From the NCBI GenBank assembly GCA_013416795.1, contig RQSC01001082.1, positions 42,121-55,763 on the forward strand: 13,643 bases of DNA, given 5' to 3'. The notes under the pieces are model-generated. The model was given only the letters and a program-made list of their open reading frames with translations. It had not been told where the DNA came from and did no database searches. A program made the position numbers and the translations under genes. Each line of letters begins with the position of its first letter. Within the stretch, counting starts at the first letter, position 1. This document shows, piece by piece, positions 1 to 9,789 of this stretch. This DNA comes from Prasinococcaceae sp. CCMP 1430. Its lineage: Eukaryota > Plantae > Prasinodermophyta.

Positions 1-1380
1 GCGCGCCGCGGCCCGCGCCTGGCTGTGCCGCGCCACGCGCGGTCGAGCCTCCCGCGTCGCGCGGAGCACCGTCCCGACCCCGGTATGTACAGTCCCTCCG
101 TCGCTTGATGTGAACCCTACCTTAAACATTGGCCCAAACCTCATCTCCACCGCCCAGTCGGCGCTCATCAGCTGCTTGCCGTCGTTCGAGTGCGGCCGCC
201 GTGTGAAGCGGCACGCGTTGTCGAATCGAAGAGGCGCGCACGCGCGGAAACGCGCGCGAGCGCGGGCGCGCGGAGACCCGCGTCGCTCGAAGAGGCGCGC
301 GCGCGCGCGCGCGCAGTTACGCACGCATCTGCGCGCGCAACAGGTTCTTCCGCACGTTTGCCTCGCCCGCGGCAGAAAAAGTTTGAATTTCGGAGACGCG
401 CTGTATCTGCGAGAACGTGCGGATGCGCGCGCGCGGCGAGCGCGCGTACGTGCGTGTCGCGCGTGCGTACGTGCGTGCCGTGCGCGCCCTGCGTGCCGTG
501 TGCGTGCCGTGCGTCGCGCCGCGCGCCGTAGAACAAAACCGCGGTGCGCGCGCGCGCGCGCGCGCTGTCTGTCGGGGGCGCGGGGTTGCGAGCTTTGCGT
601 GCGTGCGCGCGCGCGCGCTTGCGAGGGTACCGTCGCAGCACACGACACACGCACGCGCGCACACGCGCGCACGTGGGGGTGGTGTGTGTGTGGGGGGGAC
701 AAGGGTGCAAGGAGTGATTCGGCCCGGGAGCATCGCGGCGGGCTGCAGGCGCGCAGGGGGGTCAGGCCGTCTTTTCCGACACGGGGGGCGTCGATTCCGT
801 GGCGTCAAACCAGCAGAGAAGTCTCCCGTGGTTAATTGTGAGCTCACATCGAGTTCATTACGCTCGGCCGCGGCGGCCGCGCCGCGCGTCCGCGTCGCGC
901 GTTCGCGTCGCGGGCGCGGCGCGTTTCCGTTGTTATCCGCGCGGCGTTTTTTTAACAAAAAAAAACGCGGCGCTGGCGGCCAAAAGCGCCGGCGAAACCG
1001 CCCGGTCCGCGCGCTCGTCCGCCATTCTCCCCACGGGAGAGCTCAGTTTCATGTCACATCGCATCCAGATCTCGCGTCCACGCGCCGCCCGCGCGCGCGC
1101 CGAGGGGCGCGCGCGCGAAACCGCGCTCCGCGACTTTCGCGGGACAAAATATCTCGCGCGCGGTCAAGGGGGGCAAGCGGCGGGAACGGGTGAGGGGGAA
1201 GGGGGACGGGGGGGGGACTACGGGCGCGCGCCGCCCCGGGCCCACACGGCGCGCGCCGGAGGCCGTTCACACGGCAGGTGCGAGAGGAGGCGAGGTGAGC
1301 GGCGCGCCGTGCGAGCGCCGGGGAGCCCCACCCCATCAACCACCCACCCCCCACCCCCGCCCGCGCCCCCCCCCCGCCGG

Positions 1381-1850
1381 NNNNNNNNNNNNNNNNNNNN
1401 NNNNNNNNNNNNNNNNNNNNNNNNNNNNNNNNNNNNNNNNNNNNNNNNNNNNNNNNNNNNNNNNNNNNNNNNNNNNNNNNNNNNNNNNNNNNNNNNNNNN
1501 NNNNNNNNNNNNNNNNNNNNNNNNNNNNNNNNNNNNNNNNNNNNNNNNNNNNNNNNNNNNNNNNNNNNNNNNNNNNNNNNNNNNNNNNNNNNNNNNNNNN
1601 NNNNNNNNNNNNNNNNNNNNNNNNNNNNNNNNNNNNNNNNNNNNNNNNNNNNNNNNNNNNNNNNNNNNNNNNNNNNNNNNNNNNNNNNNNNNNNNNNNNN
1701 NNNNNNNNNNNNNNNNNNNNNNNNNNNNNNNNNNNNNNNNNNNNNNNNNNNNNNNNNNNNNNNNNNNNNNNNNNNNNNNNNNNNNNNNNNNNNNNNNNNN
1801 NNNNNNNNNNNNNNNNNNNNNNNNNNNNNNNNNNNNNNNNNNNNNNNNNN
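1381..1850. other. Assembly gap (470 N)
   Basis: Run of N, next to C-rich low-complexity sequence. ORFs spanning it are artefacts. Confidence 0.99.
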
Positions 1851-3069
1851 GGCGCGCGCGAAAGCGCGGGCGCGCCGGCGCCCGACGAGGGGGCCCGCGC
1901 GGCGACGCGCGCCCGCCAATGAAAAGCGGTACGAAATCCGCGGGAGGGCGAGCCGCGCGCGGCGCGCTCGAAGCCGGACCGGACCGGGATTTCATTGGGG
2001 GAAAAGGGGAGAGAGGCGTCAAGCGAGGGGACAGTTCCTTCTGATATGAACACTTATGTACCCACGGGATAGCTCATTTTGCCGTTTGCTTACGATCTTT
2101 TACTCTCCATGGGCATGGTGAGGAGTGCGACCGCTCTTACCACATGTACGCATATGAGACGTTTTATGGAATTATAAGTGACCTGTCTTCATTGCATGGA
2201 GTGCGTTTTGATGTGCGCTGGCGGGCGCGCGCGCGGGCGCCGCGCGGCGCGCCGATTTCGCGCCGATTTCGCGCGGCGAACGCGCTTCCGTCGTTTTCCG
2301 TTTGAAGTCGCGCGCGCCGCGCCGGCTCGGCTGCCCCCCCTCGCCCGGTAGCGGCGTGAGGTGCCACTCCGCACGCAGCAGGTGCGCCCGCCGCGCCGAT
2401 CTCAGCCCAGCGCAGCGCAGCCCAGCGCAGCCCCGCGCGACATGCCCATGCCATCCCCGCGGAGGCGGCGAGGGCGGCGCGCCCTCTCCCGCCGCGAGCA
2501 GCCAGCCGCCGCCGTCTGCAGATCGGCGCGGGCGCGCGCGGCGCGCGCCGCGCGCGCCCGTCCGCCTATCGACAACGGAATCCCACATCACACGAAGTTT
2601 ATTCTCAAGTATGGATTCGCTCAAAAAGTTCGAATAGAGTGGGATTCCGAGGAACCCTGCTCCGTTTTTTCCCGCCGCCGCAGCGCCGCGCAGCGCTGCG
2701 CGCAGCGCTGCGGCGCGGCGGATTCGCGCCATTTCGCGCGCCCCCCCGCAGAGTCCTTGGCGAAAAGACACCCGGAAGATCCGACGCCCGCGCATTTCGG
2801 CGCGGGCGCGGGCGGCGAAACGCAGGCGCGCGCGCGCTTTGGTAGCGCGCGTGGCGGCTGCCTGCGCAGGCAGCGCGGGCGGGCGCGGGCGAGTGGGGCC
2901 TGGGGGGTGTTTGGACGGGATGGGAGGAGGAGGGGGGGGAGGCGGCGCCTGCGGGGCGACGCCGCCGGGGCGCTCGGGGCGTCACATCGCCGACACCCGT
3001 CGCGGTTCGACTGCTCGCCGTCGCGCTCGCTGCACCCCTTCCCCCCTTCCCCCCACCCCACCTGCAACC

Positions 3070-4069
3070 ATGGCGGAGCGCCCGCGCCTCAACCTGAAGC
3101 CGCGCTCGACCGAGGCGGGCGCCGTCGGCGGGTATGGCGCCTCGAGCGGCAAGTCCAACCCCTTCGGCGCCGCCAAGCCGCGCGAGGCCGTGCTCGCCGC
3201 GCGCAGCGGCGAGTCCGAGGCGGACATCATCAAGAAACAGGCCGATGAGTACAAGGGCAAGCTCAACCTGTCGCGCAAGCAGCGCGAGGAGAAGGAGGCC
3301 ATCGAGGACAAGATCGAGAGCGCCAAGGAGGTCCTGAAGGCAGAGGGTGAGGGCGAGAAGGCCGAAGAGCTCAAGGCCGAGCTCGAGAAGGCCGAGAACG
3401 AGCTCAAGGAGCTGATGGACGGCTTCGAGAAGCTGGCCACCGAGACCGCGCACAAGGGCGGCGACCGCACGCTCGCCGAGAAGCGCGAGGCCGAGATGAT
3501 GGGCGGCAGCATCGTGCAGGGCGGTGGCCGTCCGGTCGACGAGGGCTATGGCAACTTCGGTGGCCGCGGGGTCGGCGGCGGCGGCAACTACGGCGGCCGT
3601 GGCGGCCAGGGCGAGCAGTACGCGAACTTCGGCGGCGGCGATCGCTCCGGAGGAGACTACGGCGGGAACTTTGGCGGGCGTGGCGGCGACCAGGCCGGAG
3701 GAGACTACGGCGGGGCCTTTGGCGGGCGCGGCGGCGGCCAGGATGTACGATTGCGCGTCCCCCTCGTGTCCGTTCGCGTGCATCCGTGTGTGTGTGCGCA
3801 TGCGCGCGCGAGAGCGAGCGAGCGAGCGTTGGAGCGAGTGTACGTGTGCGTATGCGACGCCAAAACGCTGACAGGCTGACCGCGCGACCTTCCTCGGCCT
3901 CGGTGCGTGCTTTCCAGTACTACGGTGGCGGTGGCGGTTACGGCGGTGGCGGCTACGGCGGTACGTTCGCCGCCCTGCGCACAGACGCTGCTCGAGCGCG
4001 CGAGCGAGCGGCAGTCGCTGACACGAGCACGCGCGCACGCACCTCCGCACCTCCACAGGCGGCTACTAA
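3070..4069 (+). CDS. eIF4B-like (plant-type) translation initiation factor / RNA-binding protein, ~242 aa, 3 exons: 3070-3744, 3918-3960, 4059-4069
   Basis: ATG in accATGG context. Motifs ERPRLNLKPRS and KSNPFGAAKPRE are typical of eIF4B/eIF4H-family repeats, followed by an E/K coiled coil and an RGG/GY-rich tail. Intron 3745-3917 (GTACGA..GCTGAC..TTTCCAG, phase 0) and intron 3961-4058 (GTACGT..GCTGAC..CCACAG, phase 1) join in frame to ...GGY TAA. Strong C/G third-position bias. Confidence 0.8.
3647..3742 (+). repeat. 48-nt tandem duplication encoding GGDYGG(N/A)FGGRGG(D/G)Q
   Basis: ccggaggagactacggcggg...tttggcgggcg starts at 3647 and again at 3695. Confidence 0.85.
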
Positions 4070-4268
4070 TTTTTGCGCGCTCAAACCTCGTGATCGCGGA
4101 TGCTCCGTGGTTCCGTTCGCCAGCGCTGCTAGGCTCCACGCTCGTCGCTGGTGCGTAACAAGCTCCATACTTCGTGGCAAATCCCTTCGCATCCAGACAA
4201 AAATACAAATTCGCATACAAATGCTACAAGTCGGACGCGGAGCGAGAGGGCACCCAGCGCGCCGATGC

Positions 4269-6179
4269 TCAGTCCTTCTTGCCGGCGCCCGGTGCGTCCT
4301 CGCCTGCGTCGGCCAGCTCGCGCAGCACGGCGAGCAGCGCTGGTCGCAGCTCGCGAAGCTTGGCGAGCGGCGCAGAGCGCGCGGTGAGCGCGGCGGGCTG
4401 CGCGGCACCGCCAGCAGCGATCGGCCCAGGCGAGGGCGCCTTCAAGTCGTCCTCGGGCGCGCTCGGCAGGTCGCGCAGCGCAGCGCGCAATGCCATGCAC
4501 TCGCCGTGCAGCTCGGCGCGGTAGTAGCACGCGCGTCGCGCACCGCCAGCGGCGGCGCAGCACGCCGCGAGCAGCCGCAGAAAGTCGCCCGCGCGTGCGG
4601 CCGCGCTCACCGCGCCGTCGGCCGCGCCTTCGGCGCCGCTACAGTCGCCCGCCGCACAAGCGCTGCACACCACGCGCACGCGCTCCGCCGCGCCCCCCAC
4701 GAGCGCAGCCGCTCGGCCGTGCGCGATGCGCACGTCGGCATCTATGCAGGAATGCTCAGCGGCGAACATGCCCCACGCGACCCCGTACTCAGATAGCGCG
4801 CCAGCATCCGAGACGAGCGCCTTCGAGTCCGCGAGCGCCTGCTTGAAGGGTTTGACTGCGCCCGCCCACGCGGCAAGCGACGGATCGGCCGCGGCGGCTG
4901 TCCAGACCGCGTCGAGCGCGGGCTTCGCCGTCGCCGGGTCGCCGGCTGCTGCGGCTGCCGCGGCGGCGAGCGTCGCCGCGCGGAACGCGCCCGACTTCAG
5001 CAGAGCACCCCGGACGTCCGCGCCCGCCGCGGAGAATGCCGCGAAGGCGCGCACCACCTCGGCCGCTGCCGGGCCGTTGGTCTCGCCCGCGCAGACCGTC
5101 GCGGGCAGGGCGTCACGCAGGTGCGGCCAGAGCGCAGAACGCTGCGCGCGCATCGACTCGCCGCCGCCGTCCCCGCCGCCGCGTGCACGCGCGTCCCTGG
5201 CGTCGTTTGCCGACGCCACGCGCGCGAGTTCAGCGAGCAGCCACACTGCCGACGGCGAGCCTTCCGGCAGCGCGCGCATTACCTCGGGCAGCAGTGCTGC
5301 AGTGTCGCGCGGCGACGCGAGCGCTCGGTCGCGTGCGAGCGCGAGCGCCCCCGCGCCGAGCTGCGCAGCGGCACCGTCGGCCTCGTGGCGATGCGTGTGC
5401 GCGGCACGCAGCAGCGCCGCGATGTCGGAAGCTGCGATTGCCGCGGGCCACGCGGACAGCGGCGCCTCCGCCAGGGCCACGCGCGCTGCGCCCAGAAGTG
5501 CCACGAGCTTCGCCAGCAGCGCGGGCCAGCTCGCGCCGGTGGAGCTCTCCTCGGTGCTGCCGACGCGAACGGAGAGCGCCGACATCGCAGCTGTGGGCGG
5601 CATGGGGCCATCCATTGGCTCGAACTCATAGTCGTCGTCGTCGCTCTGCTCGGCGAACGCGTCCACGCGCTCGAGCGGCTCTGCCTCGATGGCGGAGGCG
5701 GCGCTTGTGTCGGGCTCACCCTCATCTGCAGCGCCGTCGTGGTCGTCCGGCTCGAACCCTTCCACCGCAGCGGCGAGCGCTGCGTCTGAGTCGATCCGAA
5801 TGAGGCGCAGCGTGCGGCGCACTAGGAGCGCCGCCGCGAGCCGCGCGAACGCAGCGCGCTTCTCGATCGAGGCGCCGTCGTTGGCCCCCCGCGCTGCCCC
5901 CGCGACGACATTGTCCAGGCACCGCGCGTCGAGCCGGAGCCCGTGCGGCAGATCTGCCCCCTCTGCGGCGTCGACGCTCTCAGCGAGCGCGGCTATCTCG
6001 CCGGCGATCGCGACGGTCGACGCGCCGTCGAACGCGAGCCGCCGCGCGCCCGCAGCCGCGAGCGTGCCCGCCCTGTTGTACACTTTGTGATCCCCTCAAA
6101 CGCGCGCGTCGTCATCCGCGACACGCTCGCGCAGCGCCGCCGCGAGCGCCGCCGCAACGTCGTCCGGCACGCGCGCCAT
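4269..6179 (-). CDS. Uncharacterised Ala-rich, probably alpha-helical protein (~635 codons) with an in-frame TGA at 6098-6096
   Basis: ATG at 6179 (gcgATGG) gives MARVPDDVAAALAAALRERVADDDARV-TGA-GDHKVYNRAG..., in the same frame as the 604-aa ORF 6083-4269. Acidic patch SDDDDYEFE; ends GKKD-TGA; TGTA cluster just downstream. No family recognised, and the 5' structure is uncertain. Confidence 0.7.
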
Positions 6180-6266
6180 CGCGTTCTCCCCACGCAGGGA
6201 CGGCGTCGCCGCCCACGGTCTTTGCAGGCCGAACGATCCCCGACGCCGCAGCTGCCGCAGCCGCCG

Positions 6267-6272
<6 letters not shown>

Positions 6273-6299
<27 letters not shown>
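6273..6299 (+). repeat. (CAG)9 microsatellite, read as (CTG)9 in the probable 5' region of the minus-strand gene
   Basis: Directly visible. Confidence 0.9.
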
Positions 6300-6301
<2 letters not shown>

Positions 6302-6861
6302 CTCTGCTGTGCGCACACTGTGGGGCGGCCAGGTGCGTCCTCTGCAGCATGCAGGTGTCGAGTTTGGGTTGGAGTATTGGCAGTATTGGGTGTGGTAGTA
6401 GTAGGGTCCATACAAGCGAAGAAAAAAGGGGCGCATTTCGGAGGCGAAAACGCGGCGAAAAGGGGGAAAAAGAAAAACTGGCGCGCCGCCGCCGGATCAT
6501 ACGGTCGAATTTTGTATTCGATTCGAATGTGAAATAGTGATTTGAAGACAATACATCTACACTATCAAGAAACACGGAAGGCGACCGAAATATCCGCCCT
6601 CCCGCAAACGCTCGGATGATCAAAGCACATTGCCATCAGCATTCGCTCATCAAATCACGCTCGATGCATCCACAGTCTGATCTCGTAGGCTGATTTCGAT
6701 CGCGTGCATTTCGACCTCTCTCAGCGATGCCATCATTTGGCCTGGCCGCCATTTTTTTTTTTTTTTTGCCGCGACCGCGGCGGCCGGCGGCTGCGCCTCG
6801 GGCGCACGTGCCTCGCCCGCCGGCCACAGCGCGCGCGCCGTTCACCCCCCCGTCCGCCACC

Positions 6862-7911
6862 ATGGCCGTGGGCAAGAACAAGCAGCTGAGCAAGAAGGGC
6901 AAGGGCGGCAAGAAGAAGGCGTACGTCGGCGCGCGGCCACTCGAACAGCTCGACGATGCCCCGAATGCGCGCTCGCGAGACGGTCTGGCCGAAGAGCAGC
7001 GGCTAGCCAGGGAGGCTGAGGAGAAGGCGTGGGGGGTGGCCGTGGGCGCCCCTTGTGTGTGCGGTCGGGCGGGCGCTGCGCGCGCTGCGCGCGGCGTCTG
7101 CGGCGATGGTGATGGCAGCGGGGCGGGGGAAGGGGAGTGGGCGCCGCTGCGAGGGGCGGCCGCTGACCCGCGCGCGCCTGGCTCCTGCAGGGTCGACCCG
7201 TTCACCAAGAAGGACTGGTATGACATCAAGGCGCCCTCGATGTTCAACGTGCGCAACGTGGGCAAGACCCCGCAGACCCGCACGCAGGGCACCAAGATCG
7301 CGTCGGACGGCCTCAAGGGCCGCATCTTCGAGGTGTCGCTCGCGGACCTCAACAACGACGAGGACCAGGCCTTCCGCAAGATGCGCCTTCGCTGCGAGGA
7401 CGTGCAGGGCAAGAACGTGCTGACCAACTTCTACGGCATGGACTTCACCCGTGACAAGCTCTGCGCCCTCGTGCGCAAGTGGCAGACGCTGATCGAGTGC
7501 AACGTGGACATCAAGACCACCGACGGCTACATCATGCGCATGTTCGCGATCGGCTTCACCAAGAAGAGGCCGAACCAGATCAAGCGCACCTCGTACGCCA
7601 TGGGCAGCCAGCAGAAGCAGATCCGCAAGAAGATGGCGGAGATCATTGAGCGCGAGGCGTCGTCGTGCGACATGAAGGAGCTCGTCGCCAAGCTCATCCC
7701 GGAGGTGATCGGCAAGGAAATCGAGAAGGCCACTGCCGGCATCTACCCCATGCAGAACGTCTTCATCCGCAAGGTCAAGATCCTCAAGACGCCCAAGCAC
7801 GACATCACCAAGCTGATGGAGGTGCACGGAGACTACTCTGGCGAGGTGGCGGGCCTGCCCATGGACCGCCCCGCCGAGGAGGAGGCCGAGGAGGCCGCCG
7901 CCGAGGAGTAA
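6862..7911 (+). CDS. RPS3A: 40S ribosomal protein S3a (eS1), 259 aa, exons 6862-6920 and 7191-7911
   Basis: [20 protein letters not shown]|[18 protein letters not shown]...[11 protein letters not shown]...[14 protein letters not shown]...[19 protein letters not shown] is classic eS1. Intron 6921-7190 reads GTACGT..GCTGAC..CTGCAG. Start context gccaccATGG. Confidence 0.98.
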   Translation: MAVGKNKQLSKKGKGGKKKAYVGARPLEQLDDAPNARSRDGLAEEQRLAREAEEKAWGVAVGAPCVCGRAGAARAARGVCGDGDGSGAGEGEWAPLRGAAADPRAPGSCRVDPFTKKDWYDIKAPSMFNVRNVGKTPQTRTQGTKIASDGLKGRIFEVSLADLNNDEDQAFRKMRLRCEDVQGKNVLTNFYGMDFTRDKLCALVRKWQTLIECNVDIKTTDGYIMRMFAIGFTKKRPNQIKRTSYAMGSQQKQIRKKMAEIIEREASSCDMKELVAKLIPEVIGKEIEKATAGIYPMQNVFIRKVKILKTPKHDITKLMEVHGDYSGEVAGLPMDRPAEEEAEEAAAEE

Positions 7912-7964
7912 GCGCGGACGCAGCACGTAGCACGCGCTCTTAATTCTGCAGCCGGGGGATGACT

Positions 7965-7969
7965 TGTAA
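7965..7969 (+). promoter_or_regulatory. TGTAA green-algal-type polyadenylation signal of RPS3A
   Basis: TGTAA ~54 nt after the stop; this is the known chlorophyte poly(A) signal. Confidence 0.55.
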
Positions 7970-8279
7970 GACGACGCGGGGGTGCCAGGCATTGGCGGCG
8001 CCCCCGCGGAGGCTTCTAACTAAACGCCGCGGCGCCTGCAGACGCGCGCCGCGACGAGCGCCAGCGGCAACCCGTACCTAGCTAGCCCCGCAGGGCGCCA
8101 CAAAATCAGGGTCCAAAATACATCTTGAGCTTATCTGTTTGTACTTCCTACTGGGCTTCGTGTGGGTTTAGGTTGAGCTGTTGTACCCAAATACAGCAGC
8201 ACGCTGCGAAGGGCCAGCCGCCAGAGCCGCCACACGCGTCCGTGTCACACCCGCGCCGGCGCCCGCGCCTGCGGTGACG

Positions 8280-9748
8280 ATGGGCAGGCGCGGCGCGGCG
8301 AAGGCGGCCCCGGCGGCTGCTACAGTGCCTGAGTGGGCCGCGGGGCTCGTCCTTGACGTGCCCGAATGGGGCGCGCCCGCCAGCAGCGGCGGCGGCGGCA
8401 TCGGTGGCGGCGACGGTGGCAGCAACGGTGGCACTCCGGCAGAAACACTCCCCACGCCTTCCTCGGTCGATGCGCTGATGGCCGCTGGCGTGGCTGCCGC
8501 GCAGCAGCGAAAGCAGCAGCGGAAGCAGCAGCGGAAGCAGCAGCGGAAGCAGCAGCGGAAGCAGCAACAGCAACAGCAGCTGACACAGCAAGAGCAAGAG
8601 CAACAGCAGCAGCATGAGCATGAGCTACAGCATGAACCACAACAGCAGCCTCTCGACGAGCAGCCGTCGCCGAAGGACGGCAAGAAGAAAGCCAAGAAGA
8701 AGATCACGAAGGAGGACAGAAAGAGGCATCGCGATGAGGACGAGGGCGGCGCGCAGTCTAGGGGGGGCGCACCGGCGGCGAACGCTGAGAGACCCGTCAA
8801 GACCGCGAAGCGGTCCAAAGGGCCGAGTCCCGCCGAGGTGCGTGCGCCGCGCCCCGTGCCTGTGTCCGCGCTCTCGCCCCAGCTGCGTCTGGCAGTGACG
8901 ACACCTGTTTGTCGACGAGCGGTCTGAAGCACATGAAGACGACCTCGACGTGTACAATTTCATTTTGTCCGAGCCTCGCACCCTCGTGGCACGCGTGGTT
9001 CGGCATCCTTCGCGCCGGCGCGCTGACTCAGACAGCGCGCGCGCCCATCCTTGGTGACTCATCACAGCGACCCGAGGAGCGAGCTGCCACGAAGGTGCCC
9101 GAGCAGCGGCCCCAGAAGCCGAGCCCCGCCGCCGGCAAAAAGGGGGACAGGGGCCTGCTGGACAAGATGCGCGCTCGCCTGAGCGGCGGGCAATTTCGCA
9201 TGATCAACGAGGCGCTTTACACGTCGTCGGCCAGCGACGCGTGGGCGCATTTCAAGGAGAACCCTGAGCTCTTCGAGGAGTACCACTCGGGCTACCGCTA
9301 TCAGACCGAGTCTTGGCCAACCAACCCGCTCGACGCATGCATTACGACGGTTAGCGCGCTGGACGCTCATGCGGTGGTCGCGGACTTCGGCTGCGGGGAG
9401 GCGGAGCTCGCTCGGCGCGTCCCGCAGCGCCAGGTGCACTCGTTCGACCTGGTTGCCGACCCCGCGCGCGGCATCACCGCGGCGTGCACCACCGACGTGC
9501 CGCTCGAGGACGAGTCGGTGGACGCCGCTGTGTTCTGCCTGAGCCTCATGGGCACGGACTACCACGCGAGCCTGCTCGAGGCGCGAAGAGTGCTGCGGCC
9601 GGGCGGCACGCTCGTTGTGGCCGAGGTGCTCAGCCGCTTCGGTGGGCGTGTGGGGGCAGGCGAGGGCGACGGCGCGGGGAAGGTGCGGTCACTCACCTGC
9701 GCGCGAGTAGCGCGTCTCTCTCTCTGTCTCTCTCTCTCTCCACCTACC

Positions 9749-9789
<41 letters not shown>

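Noticed and set aside
1-240. Minus-strand open frame ...SNDGKQLMSADWAVEMRFGPMFK running off the window edge
   Set aside because: Looks mildly coding, but has no recognisable family and no consensus splice acceptor; cannot be supported without flanking sequence.
110-3067. Many long Arg/Ala-rich ORFs on both strands, including those crossing the N gap
   Set aside because: They result from (CG)n low complexity and high GC; no codon bias or motifs, and the gap-spanning ones are artefacts.
4070-4268. Search for a SECIS element downstream of the TGA-containing gene
   Set aside because: No RUGA..AA..GA core found by eye on the minus strand, so it is not annotated.
6746-6767. YY1-like CCGCCATTTT plus T16 upstream of RPS3A
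   Set aside because: Short motif that merges into a poly-T tract; plausibly a promoter element but unsupported in this lineage.
6948-7023. Possible U35/snR73-like snoRNA in the RPS3A intron (GACGGTCT matches LSU AGACCGUC; CTGA at 7016)
   Set aside because: Only 8 nt of perfect match, no credible box C, D' spacing does not give the known Cm site, and the terminal stem is weak.
2982-7992. Long antisense ORFs over eIF4B-like, the unknown gene and RPS3A (e.g. 2982-3512, 4726-5631, 7003-7992)
   Set aside because: Shadow ORFs caused by GC3-biased codons on the coding strand.
7908-8041. GTAAGC donor overlapping the RPS3A stop, with CTAAC..CTGCAG downstream
   Set aside because: The protein is already complete, TGTAA at 7965 lies inside the putative intron, and the signals differ from the local GTRCG/GCTGAC consensus.
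9750-9786. C37 run as a functional G-quadruplex/i-motif or poly-Pro exon
   Set aside because: It is intronic by splice signals and RRP8 homology, and the homopolymer length is prone to sequencing error.
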